From Cyanidioschyzon merolae (taxonomy: Eukaryota): 64,000 bases of DNA. How positions within the stretch are numbered: the stretch's first letter is position 1; each line of letters opens with the position of its first letter. A program made the translations under genes and the position numbers. Shown in pieces: positions 1-10,175 of this stretch. The notes beneath the pieces were generated by a model. It saw only the letters and a list, made by a program, of their open reading frames with translations, searched no databases and had not been told where the DNA came from. Location of the stretch: the NCBI GenBank assembly GCA_000091205.1, contig AP006495.2; one strand, 5' to 3'.

Positions 1-1
1 G

Positions 2-1375
2 GGGCAACTCGTACTTCTCATCACGGATCGTAGCCGCGGTTCCTATCCGTGGCCTATTCGTCTATCAGCGCCAGCAGAAAACAGCCAGCATTTGACCCCG
101 AAGTCACTCGTTGCTCGTTACACCGCACCGCCGCTGCACTTTTCCGGGCTAGAGAACCTTGTTGCAGCACTACCAGGGGAGCAAGCTCCTGTTGTGCTGG
201 TTGCTGGACCCCGCCATACCGGCAAATCAACACTCGTATCGCAGTTGAGTTTCATGGGCTGGCCCTATCACCCGCAGCCGCTCATTCTGGAACTCGATTT
301 AGGTCAGAATTATTTCTTAGCTCCTGGGTACGTCTCTTTCCATGAAGTTCGCGACTTGGCGTGGCCGATATGGAGGGCATCGACTGCGTGCCTCGAGAGC
401 GTCTTCTGCGGGAACGTCACACCATTCGCGGATCCGGCGTTGTATCGACAGGCGGTGCAGCGATTGTGGAGCGCTTGCGAAGCTTGGCGCGGGAAACGAC
501 TGGTGCTCGTGAACACAATGGGTTGGGTTCGTGGCTATGGCGAAGTGCTACTCGGCTCCGTGCTGGACACGATTCGCCCCGACCTTATCGTTTGGGTCAG
601 CGAAGGAACCGATGCGCAACACGCTGGTGGCGAAGCAGAAATAGAAGCATTCGGTACCACTGCCGGGTCACGTGTTCAGGTGCTACACGTCCAGCGAGCC
701 CCGAGTTCGGCTCACAAGCAGCGATCGCTGTTACCAGCAGTTGCGCGTGCGTCCCAACTCATCCATGAACTTGTGCAGCAGTGTGAAGATGGATTACCAC
801 GCGGAATCATTGCGGATCAGTTCCGGTGGTTTTTATGGCAGAATCAACCGGCATACCCGATTGTTCAGTTGCTTTGCAGCATCACACCGTGGTGCGTGCC
901 CCTGGAGTTCTTTGCGGCAGTATTCATGATCGAGCCGTGCGGGATGCATCGTCTCCAGCCTGGCCATGATTCGGAGCGATTATACAGCATGCTGAACGCC
1001 AGTGTCGTCGCATTGTGTGTTACTGTGATCGATAAGGAGGAACCGACGGAGGAGATATCGTTGCAGGCGCCGCAGCGATGGCTCCTGCGCTCCCCTGGTC
1101 TGGGGCTCGTGCGATCGATTGACCCACAAAATGGTCTTCTCTACATCGTGACGAGCGTACCCCTCAGCGTCCTAGAAAGCACGGTTGCTCTCGCGATGAG
1201 CCCCGAGGTGCAGCTTCCCGCAGCAGCTCTGCAACTCGGAGGCATGGAAGCGGAACCGTTTCTGGGTCTGGGGTGCACCGGAACCGCTGAGGATACGGCT
1301 TCTGATGCTGTGGTAACTTCACGGAAGAATCTTCTCCGCAGACGCCTGATGAAAGCGAAGGTGTCGCCTTCATGA
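2..1375 (+). CDS. Clp1/Grc3(NOL9)-family polynucleotide 5'-kinase, 5'-truncated by the window edge
   Basis: P-loop VLVAGPRHTGKSTLVSQL is followed by LDLGQ and a later VLVNTMGWVRGYG block that matches the Clp1/Grc3 LIINTCGWVKG motif. The track start at 92 is TTG, and the frame stays open upstream to position 2 with no stop, so the gene begins outside the window. Confidence 0.6.
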   Translation, partial: GQLVLLITDRSRGSYPWPIRLSAPAENSQHLTPKSLVARYTAPPLHFSGLENLVAALPGEQAPVVLVAGPRHTGKSTLVSQLSFMGWPYHPQPLILELDLGQNYFLAPGYVSFHEVRDLAWPIWRASTACLESVFCGNVTPFADPALYRQAVQRLWSACEAWRGKRLVLVNTMGWVRGYGEVLLGSVLDTIRPDLIVWVSEGTDAQHAGGEAEIEAFGTTAGSRVQVLHVQRAPSSAHKQRSLLPAVARASQLIHELVQQCEDGLPRGIIADQFRWFLWQNQPAYPIVQLLCSITPWCVPLEFFAAVFMIEPCGMHRLQPGHDSERLYSMLNASVVALCVTVIDKEEPTEEISLQAPQRWLLRSPGLGLVRSIDPQNGLLYIVTSVPLSVLESTVALAMSPEVQLPAAALQLGGMEAEPFLGLGCTGTAEDTASDAVVTSRKNLLRRRLMKAKVSPS

Positions 1376-1984
1376 GACGTCTACAGATCCCAGCACGCGA
1401 ATACTTCGTGTCCCAGTCGCACGCGCTGACCCTCGCGCGCAGCTAAGACTTGCCTCGTCGCAAGTGCAGGGTACCGTAAAGCGTTGCGTGATTCCCGTCG
1501 CAGCTCGAATGCTGCCGGACGTGCTCAGAAGCATATTGTAGAACAGGTCGTGTTCTGGTCCAGGTGCTGCGGTTGCTTCGTCGATGCCCGGAGAACGGAA
1601 GCGCTCCTGGCAACGCGTGCCTCGTTGGGCATCAGCAAACATCAGGGAAACCTCGTGCGCGCGCTCGCGTTATTACCAAGGCGCATTGCCGCTATGCACG
1701 ACTCGGATAGAGGTGGAACCGATGAAGTGGACCCATCATCATCCAGCGACGGCAATTGTTCCATGAACGGAATCGAGGTACGGACACGGTAGATCTATTT
1801 GCGTATGCGCGGTATCGCTGATGAACGAAACCTCGCACAGTGGACGCGTCTGGTACCCATACGTTCGCTCGGAATTCAAGCCACGTTGTTTGCATGTCCA
1901 AGCGTGGTTTCTGCATGAGTGCGGACTCTGCCCCCCAGGTATTCGCGAATACTGTGGTACCGACCAGTGCGGAGCCATTTTTTT

Positions 1985-2281
1985 CATGGACAAAACGTTT
2001 ACTTAGGCCAGCGTTCTCCGATTATGCGCTTTTTTCTTTTCTTGCTTTTTTTTGTGTTTTTTCAGTGCACGGTGAGGTATCCATCAAACCCCCTACCTCC
2101 AAGTTACATGACCCATACTTCGTCTCGGATATTCTGGTCGTTTCATACGTCTTATCGTGTGTGCCTAGTGCCTGCCGAAAGCGGCGACAGCAATAGCGCC
2201 TGTAGCGCCGGTGCGGTCGCTGCACGGAGACAGAACGGCGTTGCCGTACCACACACAGAGGGCGTCGGCTCGAGGCAGTGC
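1985..2281 (+). repeat. Dispersed ~290-bp repeat, copy A
   Basis: Near-identical over ~290 bp to 6093-6378 in the same orientation. Shared landmarks are aacgtttacttaggccagcg at the left end, the core cccatact..tctcggatat.ctgg.cgt.tcatacg, and gcgttgccgtaccaca...ggctcgaggc at the right end. Confidence 0.65.
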
Positions 2282-2411
2282 GGGGCAATGCCAGCGCAAG
2301 GCGGTGCCGATTTGCATGGCTCCTGACGCTAGACAACCGGAGCGCTGTTGCGGTCCGAGCAGCAGCACAACGCGGCCTTCACATATCAAGAGACCTATGA
2401 GGCAGCTGTTT

Positions 2412-3473
2412 TCAGGGGTTCAAATCATCTTGAATAATCTCGTCACCAAGGCCTTGCAGGCTCTCATCCTGATTCGTCACTAATCGCTTGAGTTCCAGGA
2501 AGCGCTGGCATTTGAACATAAGCGCAGGCGTCATCATGTCAAGCGCTGCGCCCCGTCCACTTCGACGTTGAGACTCCCCCAAAGTCACCGCTTCAATATC
2601 AGATGCTCGGGGACGTCTGCCCATTCGCGTATAGAAGCCATCGCTCCAGAGTTTGAGGTCCATAGCGAGTGCCGTGAACTGCCGTTTCAGCCGATCGAAG
2701 GCGTTCTCTTCTGAGGTGTCACTGTTAGTGCGGGCCTCGGTGCCTGCACGGTCTCCTCTTCGCTTTACCCAATGGCGGAGCATCGCTCGCCGAATCTTTT
2801 CTCGGGTCGCCTCAGAATGCTTCTTGCCGCGATTCCAGGCCGGTTTTCCCGACAAGGCCTGACGCATTCGTGCTCGAAACGCCGGATCTTGCCAACGTTT
2901 AGATAGGGATGCAGCTTGCTTTGCGATCGTCCCGTTCGACCGCCTGTTCTGCAAAAGCCGAGCGCGCAGCAGTGGGTCCGTCCAGCGTAATCGCATCGTC
3001 TCTGCACGGGTGCTGCTCGGCGTTCGTTTGCGTGCAGGTGGTGCCGTCGGGGACTTCGATTCCGGGTCAAGCGGCTCTGGTTCTGTGCACGCGGTTACTG
3101 CTGCAGCTGTTGGAGTAGACCGCCTAGCGTTCACAGCTTGTCGCTTCTCGTTCACGTCGTCAGGCACTGGAAAAAGCTGCCCAGAGAATACCACCCCAGT
3201 CGATTTACAGTACGTTTCAGGTGTCAGTGCCGTTGTGGCTGTGCCCACTACGTTTGCTAGGATATTGTGTGCAATTCGCGAGCTCCTGAAACCGAGGCTC
3301 TGTAAACTCGAGAGAGCTTCGTTCGCGTGTGGCACCCAACGCTGACCCTTTTGCAGCCCAAGGGTCAGGGCGGACGTCACGTCACGCGTTGTGTGTAACT
3401 TGCAGCGCAGGGGAACCGCTTTACGACCGCAGCGCTCCATTTTGCAATTGCTGAAAGCAGAACAAATGAACAT
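2412..3473 (-). CDS. Hypothetical protein with tandem W-x-DP-x-x-RAR motifs and a NUMOD3-like G-K-K-HSE-x-T-R-E-K-I segment
   Basis: Uninterrupted GC-rich ORF. The track start at 3491 is TTG, and the first ATG checked is at 3473. The repeats LRWTDPLLRARLL and KRWQDPAFRARMRQAL, followed by GKKHSEATREKIRRAM, resemble NUMOD3-type DNA-binding motifs. I know of no other homology. Confidence 0.35.
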   Translation of the reverse strand: MFICSAFSNCKMERCGRKAVPLRCKLHTTRDVTSALTLGLQKGQRWVPHANEALSSLQSLGFRSSRIAHNILANVVGTATTALTPETYCKSTGVVFSGQLFPVPDDVNEKRQAVNARRSTPTAAAVTACTEPEPLDPESKSPTAPPARKRTPSSTRAETMRLRWTDPLLRARLLQNRRSNGTIAKQAASLSKRWQDPAFRARMRQALSGKPAWNRGKKHSEATREKIRRAMLRHWVKRRGDRAGTEARTNSDTSEENAFDRLKRQFTALAMDLKLWSDGFYTRMGRRPRASDIEAVTLGESQRRSGRGAALDMMTPALMFKCQRFLELKRLVTNQDESLQGLGDEIIQDDLNP

Positions 3474-3614
3474 CACCGCAAAGGCACACAAAACGCCGTT
3501 CTAAACTCGAACGACGCCGACCGTCTACAGTAGTGGCGAGAAGCCCGCCCTTGACAAGAAATCTCCAACTGACGTGCGGACGCCTCCTGGTCTTGTTCGA
3601 CCGGCCACCTACTA

Positions 3615-5922
3615 CTATTTCCAATTTTTTTCATATAGTTCGACTTTAAGAGATTCTCCTACAAAATTCTCTCGTGTCAACTTTGGGGGTCTGTTCTCCA
3701 TCACCGCACATCTCCTTATAATGATTGCGGCGTTAAAGTCCCGGTTCACAAACCCCACACGTTTCTTGCCATTGATTGTACTTTCTAATGCAAGTAGTCC
3801 ACGAACTTTCGCTCTCCTTTCCATTCGCTCTTCCGTCAGCGCTCCGTACTTTGCTATATCCTCAGGGCTCCGCTGGCCCTTTTCTATCTCCACTCTCTGA
3901 AGTGTACAACCTGGCTCGTGGTGTGTGTAGCACCTTCAGATCCCATCTATCGGTATCGGAACGAAACGCCGTGCACACTCCTTGTGCGTTCTGGTCGTTG
4001 GAGCTGGCGTAGTCCCTTTTTGGGGCTTCCAGCGCCCTGCCCCGTATGCTACTACGAGCCTCTGACTTTCATCCTCATTCAGGGCGCTCAACTGATTGAA
4101 AAAATTCGCGAACGCCCGCTGTTTCCCACAGTATAGATTCATTCGCAGATGAGCCCACCGGGGCTGGGTATACTCTTTCCACAGCGACTCCCAGTGAGCA
4201 GGGCGAACTTTCATGAATTTCCGAAACGCTTGACAGTCTGCTCCGCGGCTCGTCACCTCGCCCAAAGCTTCCAGGTGATCCTTCATTCCTGCATTCTACG
4301 TAACGATTTTCTTCCTTGCATTCATTATACCGGATTCTCGATGGTACCGTGCTCTCGAGAATCTCAAAAGACGCATGTCTTTCTGACGCAAGTTGCCGGC
4401 AGTACCATCTTCCGCACGTTTGGGTACTGCGATGGTTATGATATTTGTGTTTCCGGGGTCCGCGCCAACGACAAAGTCGTTCTCATGCACTTCCTGCGTG
4501 GTAGGATCCGCCTCCTTCTCATCTTCATGATTCGCCGCGCCTACGAAAAGGTCGTTCCCCTCCACCTCCTGCGTCACAGGATCCGCCTCTTTGTTTTATT
4601 CATGCTTCGCCGAGGTCGAAGCCGAGGGCGGGACAGGGCGATTTGTCTTCGACTGCCGATAGTGTACGCACATGGCTACCCAATCGGTTCCGATCATCCC
4701 AGTGAATACCTTTTGTTTGCTCAGTCGGAGACGTTTAAAATCGAAGATACTCTTCCTGTACGTCTCTCGGTTTTCACCTATGAACTCCTCCCTGCTAACA
4801 TTGAACTCGGGACTGATCTCCTTCATGATGCCGTAAAGGACTCTGGGGTCGATAGTCACAAAATGCGCCTTGATGTTGCACAACTGAATGACGTTGAAGC
4901 GCTTGCCCATTAGGAAAGCCTTCCGTCTCTCCCACTCTTCATTCCATTTCCTCAATCAGCTTCATCTCCGCCTTCCGTTCGAGTTTCCGGTTCAGGAATA
5001 CGAAATGGCGCAGAATGAGGCGATAGTATCTTTCCTCATCTTTTTTCAACTCTGATATCTTGTCTGCTGGATTCGCCAGCCCCAAGAATGCACGATGCTC
5101 TTGTACAGCCGCACAGATTACAGAAGCTTCATTCGTGCTCTTGTTTGACACCTTCTTCCCAACAAATTCGATATCCTGTTCATGCTTGCGATCGTTCGTG
5201 ATGCCATTGATAATCGCCTATACTCCGTTGCGAGACAGGCCCGAGCACAGCGCAAATACGGCGCGTATCATGAAACTTTCGAGGTTCATAGTCAAATGCT
5301 TCTTCAGGTTCGTGATGTACTTCATCGCCCGATAGTCGTAAATATCCACGTGACCCTTGTATCGAGTACCATCGAAGCTGTAAAAGGGATTTTTTTCGTG
5401 GAGGGCGTGAACTCGCTCATTTTCCCTCCGCGCTTCCGCTGTGCCAAGCATCAGGTGCCGACTAAAATTCTTATCGAAAAATCCTCCGGAATCTCGACCG
5501 TTTCCATGTGCGTCACCTCGCGATACATCTCCCGCACCAAATGCATCAGTCCTGAGGACGCCTTGACAATACTCTTGGAGTACGAGTCGATACTTTTTCG
5601 ATAGCGTGTCGCAACTTTTCCCTGTAGGGATCCTTGATATGTCCAAGAAGAAAGGTTTTCACCACCCTCTCGTCGTACAGCCGTCTTTCTTGGCGCCTTC
5701 GACGGAGGACCTTCCCCCTTCGGTTCTTCTTCTCTTCCTTTTCTTCCGGACTCGGCACTGTTTTTTTCTGGCAGCCGGCGACCGTTGGCCTCCAGGATCG
5801 TCGACTTGCTTTTTCATAACTTTCCTTTTTTTAAGTTCTTTTGAAAAATAACGCTCTTTGAACCCTTCTGTTATATACCGCGAAAAACACTTGAATACAC
5901 TTGTTTGAGGTTCCAAAAACAA
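3615..5922 (-). pseudogene. AT-richer block with a chain of frameshifted minus-strand ORF fragments; candidate degenerate transposon-derived coding remnant
   Basis: Minus-strand ORFs 5659-5922 (K/R-rich, NLS-like), 5546-5758, 5218-5646, 4939-5151, 4596-4955, 3936-4286 and 3615-3893 follow one another in different frames. This stretch is visibly more AT-rich than its flanks. I recognise no intact domain. Confidence 0.3.
4476..4621. repeat. Imperfect ~73-bp tandem duplication
   Basis: gtcgttctcatgcacttcctgcgtggtaggatccgcctcc... recurs as gtcgttcccctccacctcctgcgtcacaggatccgcctct.... This duplication produces the low-complexity ORFs 4149-4913 (+) and 4296-4577 (-). Confidence 0.5.
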
Positions 5923-6092
5923 ATGAACTGAATGACTGTACCTGGCTACGACCTCAACGAAAATACAAATTCTACATGAGATCTACATGCTAGAGATCAG
6001 GATCATGTTTCCCTTCAATGGCGGCATGCGCGTCGCGCCAGTTGACTGCCCGACCTCCGAGGTGCGCTCACTAAGCGCGATTCTTTTTTTCT

Positions 6093-6378
6093 CATTGACA
6101 GAACGTTTACTTAGGCCAGCGGCCTCCGATTGAGCGCTTTTTCTTCTCATACTATTTTTCTGTTTTTGTAGTGCGCGGTAAAGTATCCATCAAACCCCGT
6201 ACTTCCAAGTTCCGTTGCCCATACTTTTTCTCGGATATACTGGCCGTCTCATACGTTCTATCGTGTGCTGAGTACCTGACTCGTTCGTCCGCATTAGCGC
6301 CCATAGCGCCTGCGCCGCCGCTGTACGGAGATAGCACGACGTTGCCGTACCACAAAGGGCATCGGCTCGAGGCCTGCT
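6093..6378 (+). repeat. Dispersed ~290-bp repeat, copy B
   Basis: Same-orientation duplicate of 1985-2281, with the same left and right landmarks. Confidence 0.65.
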
Positions 6379-7176
6379 TCATCCGACGTAGAATCGGGTC
6401 TCGTCCTCAGTTTGTGCTCGGACAGTCTGCGGATGCAGGCTTGTCTTCGCTGCACGACACGCTGGAGAAACTTGGCTGTTAGGATATATCATGGGAGCCG
6501 CCTCTTTCCTTCGCGATCATGCATGGAATGCGTCGTTGTCGGTTGGCAATGCGGGTTTGTGTTTGACACCCACCACAGTGGGTAGGCGTAGAGAGCACTA
6601 AACCCGTGTGCGCATCCGATTCGCTCGACCTTCCGCCTAGAAGGTAGAGTGTGAGTTTGTTCGCCACTTATGAGCGCTGAGGCTCGGTTAGCGGACCATC
6701 ACATGCCAGTGCTACACTCAAAGTGAGTGTCCGGCCTTTGACTATCACGCTGCTGCCCAGCTGCTGCTGTCCTTCAAGGAGCTCGCTGTGCTCCTGCTTC
6801 CAGCGCGGGCACTGTAAGCCTAAATATGGCAGCGTCCGGGGGTCTCGTTTCCACAGCAGGGACAGTGTGATTCCCAGTGCGTTTCCAGTGTCCCTATACG
6901 GCTTAGAGGCGGTGCTGCTAGCCAGAAGCCGGCAACGTAGATTTGCGTCTTCTGGATACACTGCCGCACAACAGCGCACGCCGAGATCGACCACCGCCGT
7001 AGCCTCCACCAGTCGTACTGCAGCCGATGATGCTCGCACGCTGGCCCTGAGCGGCATCTCGATCTCTTTTGTGAGAAAGATACGGGTCACTGCTGTACAG
7101 CGATGACCGGAGCTCGCTAGGGAGTCTTATAGGATAGGTTGATGTTCCGACTTTCTTCGCATTCTTTTTTCTCGAG

Positions 7177-8457
7177 ATGACTAAAGAGTGTAAAGCGAAT
7201 CTGGCTCGGACGAGCGCACGTCACGAGCAGCTCGCATCGAAGCCGTTTGGTTTCTGTTACACCGTGCTGCGGGAGGAGAACTCGCACCAAGCGCGTGACG
7301 AGCTTTCCGATGCAATTCGAACCCATTTTGTGAACGCGAAAGTCAACGAGCGGTCCATACCTTCGCGATTTTTCTATGACGACGCTGGAACAGCGCTGTA
7401 TGAACGCATCACCTGCACTGAAGACTACTATCTCACGCGATGTGAACGGGAGATTTTCCGTAAATACTGCGATCGGATATTGAACATCGCAGTTGGACTG
7501 GACGAAGATGCACCTATTCGATCGCACTCTCCCAATGAGAGAGCCTTACATATCATCGAACTGGGCGCTGGCGACGGACACAAAACAGCAGTGCTGGTGC
7601 AGCGTGCTCTGCAACGTGGCCTGCACATCACGTACCGTCCCATTGACATCAGTGAGCGCGCCATGACGGACTGTGCGGAGCGCATCCTCGCAACGCTGAG
7701 CGACCCCGAGAATGGTCATCAGCGTTTGGAGCATTCGAGTGTTGAAGCGCAGTTCACCTTCCATGGTATTGTGGGTGATTTCTTCGAAGGACTTGGATAT
7801 GCGCTGCGCGCACCAGGACGGCGTCTGCAGAACCCTGTTGAGGATCGACTACTGGCAAACGCGGGCAACGCGGGGTATGGTGCAGCTCCCGAGTCAGCTC
7901 ATGAGCATGCTCGGCACTTAGTCATGTTCATTGGATCTTCGATTGGCAACTTTGATCCCACGAACGCTATAGCATTCTGTAAGCAGGTTCGGAGCTTGCT
8001 GCAGCCTGCCAGGGATCACTTTCTTGTCGGGTTCGATCTGCGAAAACCTTATGCAATCATGCACCGAGCGTATAGTGACCGTGAGGGTATTACTGCAGAA
8101 TTTAACCGCAACTTGCTCCGTCGTGTGAACAGAGAACTTGGATCCAATTTCAATCCGGCGAAGTTTGAACATTTTGCCCAGTACAATGTTCGACTCGGGG
8201 CGATGGAGAGCTTCCTTGTCGCCACCGAGCATATGCGTATTGTTTTTCCAAATCTGGCGATGGACACGACGGCGTTGCCGACTGGGAACGAAATCGCGAT
8301 AGAGCTGCGCCCCTGGGAAGCCATCCATACGGAGTACAGCTGGAAGTATACTTTAGAGGACATTTCTGCGCTGGCACAGAAAGCTGGCTTTAGTAGGATT
8401 GCTGCGAATTTCTTTGATTCGAAGAACGGGTTTGTGGACAGTATCTTCGCTCCGTAG
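7177..8457 (+). CDS. EgtD-family SAM-dependent methyltransferase (L-histidine N-alpha-methyltransferase-like, Methyltransf_33)
   Basis: ATG verified at 7177. Motifs FFYDDAGTALYERIT..EDYYLTRCE, IELGAGDGHKT, FIGSSIGNF and EFNRNLLRRVNRELGSNFNPAKFEHFAQYN match the EgtD signature (FYDA.GS.LF..I..LPEYYPTRTE; FLGSTIGN; AFNRNVL..VNREL...FD...FEH.A.WN). Confidence 0.8.
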   Translation: MTKECKANLARTSARHEQLASKPFGFCYTVLREENSHQARDELSDAIRTHFVNAKVNERSIPSRFFYDDAGTALYERITCTEDYYLTRCEREIFRKYCDRILNIAVGLDEDAPIRSHSPNERALHIIELGAGDGHKTAVLVQRALQRGLHITYRPIDISERAMTDCAERILATLSDPENGHQRLEHSSVEAQFTFHGIVGDFFEGLGYALRAPGRRLQNPVEDRLLANAGNAGYGAAPESAHEHARHLVMFIGSSIGNFDPTNAIAFCKQVRSLLQPARDHFLVGFDLRKPYAIMHRAYSDREGITAEFNRNLLRRVNRELGSNFNPAKFEHFAQYNVRLGAMESFLVATEHMRIVFPNLAMDTTALPTGNEIAIELRPWEAIHTEYSWKYTLEDISALAQKAGFSRIAANFFDSKNGFVDSIFAP

Positions 8458-10175
8458 CGAAGGAAACGACGGACGCACCCACGCACGCGCTTGCTGACTC
8501 GGTAAGCGAAACTCGTGTAAGCGGTATCGGATCGCTTTGGCGAACTGAATTGCATTTTGCGGGCTGGTCAAGGCACAAACCAGCGCTCGAGTCCAAGCAC
8601 CGCACAACATCGGTGACTGTCATGTACCGTGCCTGTGCTACTCAGTGCTATATAGCGTAAACTTCCTGAGATCAGTGGCAAGCTTTTCCCATCCCAGAGA
8701 TGACGCTGGTTTCAAGCGCCGGTGGGTTGAAATTGCACGGATCCTCTGGATACCACAACGGAATGCTTTGGAACAGAGTTCCATACGGAAGGCTTTGGAT
8801 CACATTGCCGGCCAGAGCAGGTCTATCGAGATCCCGGCGCTTCGGCATAGAAAAAATGGGAAAGCTGCTCATTTAGTGTACTCAACGCGAGAAAGGCCTC
8901 CTGGTTTCCGCGCCACAGTGTCCATCTGTGCGCAGGAAGACGGGCGTCTAGAGCGTCGCGTATCTGGGACGCAGCGCCACGGTACAGCGTCCACAGAAAA
9001 CAAAGCACAAACGATGCCAGAGATTTCTGTCGCAGATTTTTGGGTTGACGATCTCTCTCGACTGGCAGGATCGCCTAATGATAGATCTCAGTATACCCAA
9101 AACTTTCATAGTCGTATCCACGATCCGGTATTTCTCGCAATATACGGGGTGTGATGCGTGCTTTCCTGACTGCATGAGTCTGCTCTGCCGAGCCGCCTGC
9201 AGATACCACTCGTTATCCGCGGCACGCTTCAGCGCAAGTCGTTTAAACACATCGGAAAGCGGTCTGCAAATGCCACGCACCATGGTAGTGGTATCTATCT
9301 CGCCACAGCAACAGCTCGGAATTCAAAAACGATGTTTAACGGATATCCGGCGCGATCGTTGACTTTCGCGATACTTGCAATGTCTGGATCTTTTCCGGCA
9401 GGTTCGCTGCTCAGAATTCCGATTAGGCTGCACAGAAACTGCCTCTGACCAGGTGTTAAAAAAAGCCTCCAAGTCGTGTGCAGTGCTGAGCACCAAACAT
9501 CTTCGATATGAAGTGCACTGTGGGTAATGATTCGGCGCGGACTCCGCGGCGCATGATTCCTGATGAAAGACATCCCAGATGTACGGCAGCTTTGCTGTTT
9601 TGCCATCGGGCCAAGGCAGAGACGAGCAAACCCCGTGAGCAGACCGTGAATCCCGTCCACGCATCATAAACCACGCCAAATCTACGATAACCAAGCTCGA
9701 GCCAGAGGCGGCACCCGCGCCGTCGAATCACAAGAGCGCATCGAAAGCGCACTGCTTTCTTCGAGGTGCTGGTACAGCACGCAGCGGATAACCTCCCGCC
9801 ACAATCACAGCTTGCCGCCAGCAGAGATCTAAATGGCGGTTACGAATAATCGCCACCAAAACTAGATGCAAAAATTGTAGCAGCATTTCACGAAGCGCAT
9901 GGGCTCCGCATGCCAGTTATCGTAGATTGCAGCGCTGCATCGCGACACACCTCAAACGTTGGTCTCCTGCAGTCAACGGTTCAACGGATCCATCACGATG
10001 AGGAAAATCACATATCGGGCTAGCGACGTGCGCAGACGCCTTGTCCACGGCTCACCACGAATGCCCACCCTGGACTCGATTCCCCACTGAGCTGCAGCGT
10101 ATCGTTTTCAGCAGTAGATCGGACAAGTGACGCTCGGCAGGCGCTGATGCGTTGCATCTGGCGCTCGGTGCACGC

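Noticed and set aside
4149-4913. 254-aa plus-strand ORF
   Set aside because: It is generated by the 73-bp tandem duplication and the surrounding degenerate region ([14 protein letters not shown] repeats). It has no start-codon support and no similarity.
8049-8623. Minus-strand ORFs overlapping the 3' end of the EgtD-like gene
   Set aside because: They are antisense to a well-conserved CDS, with low-complexity products.
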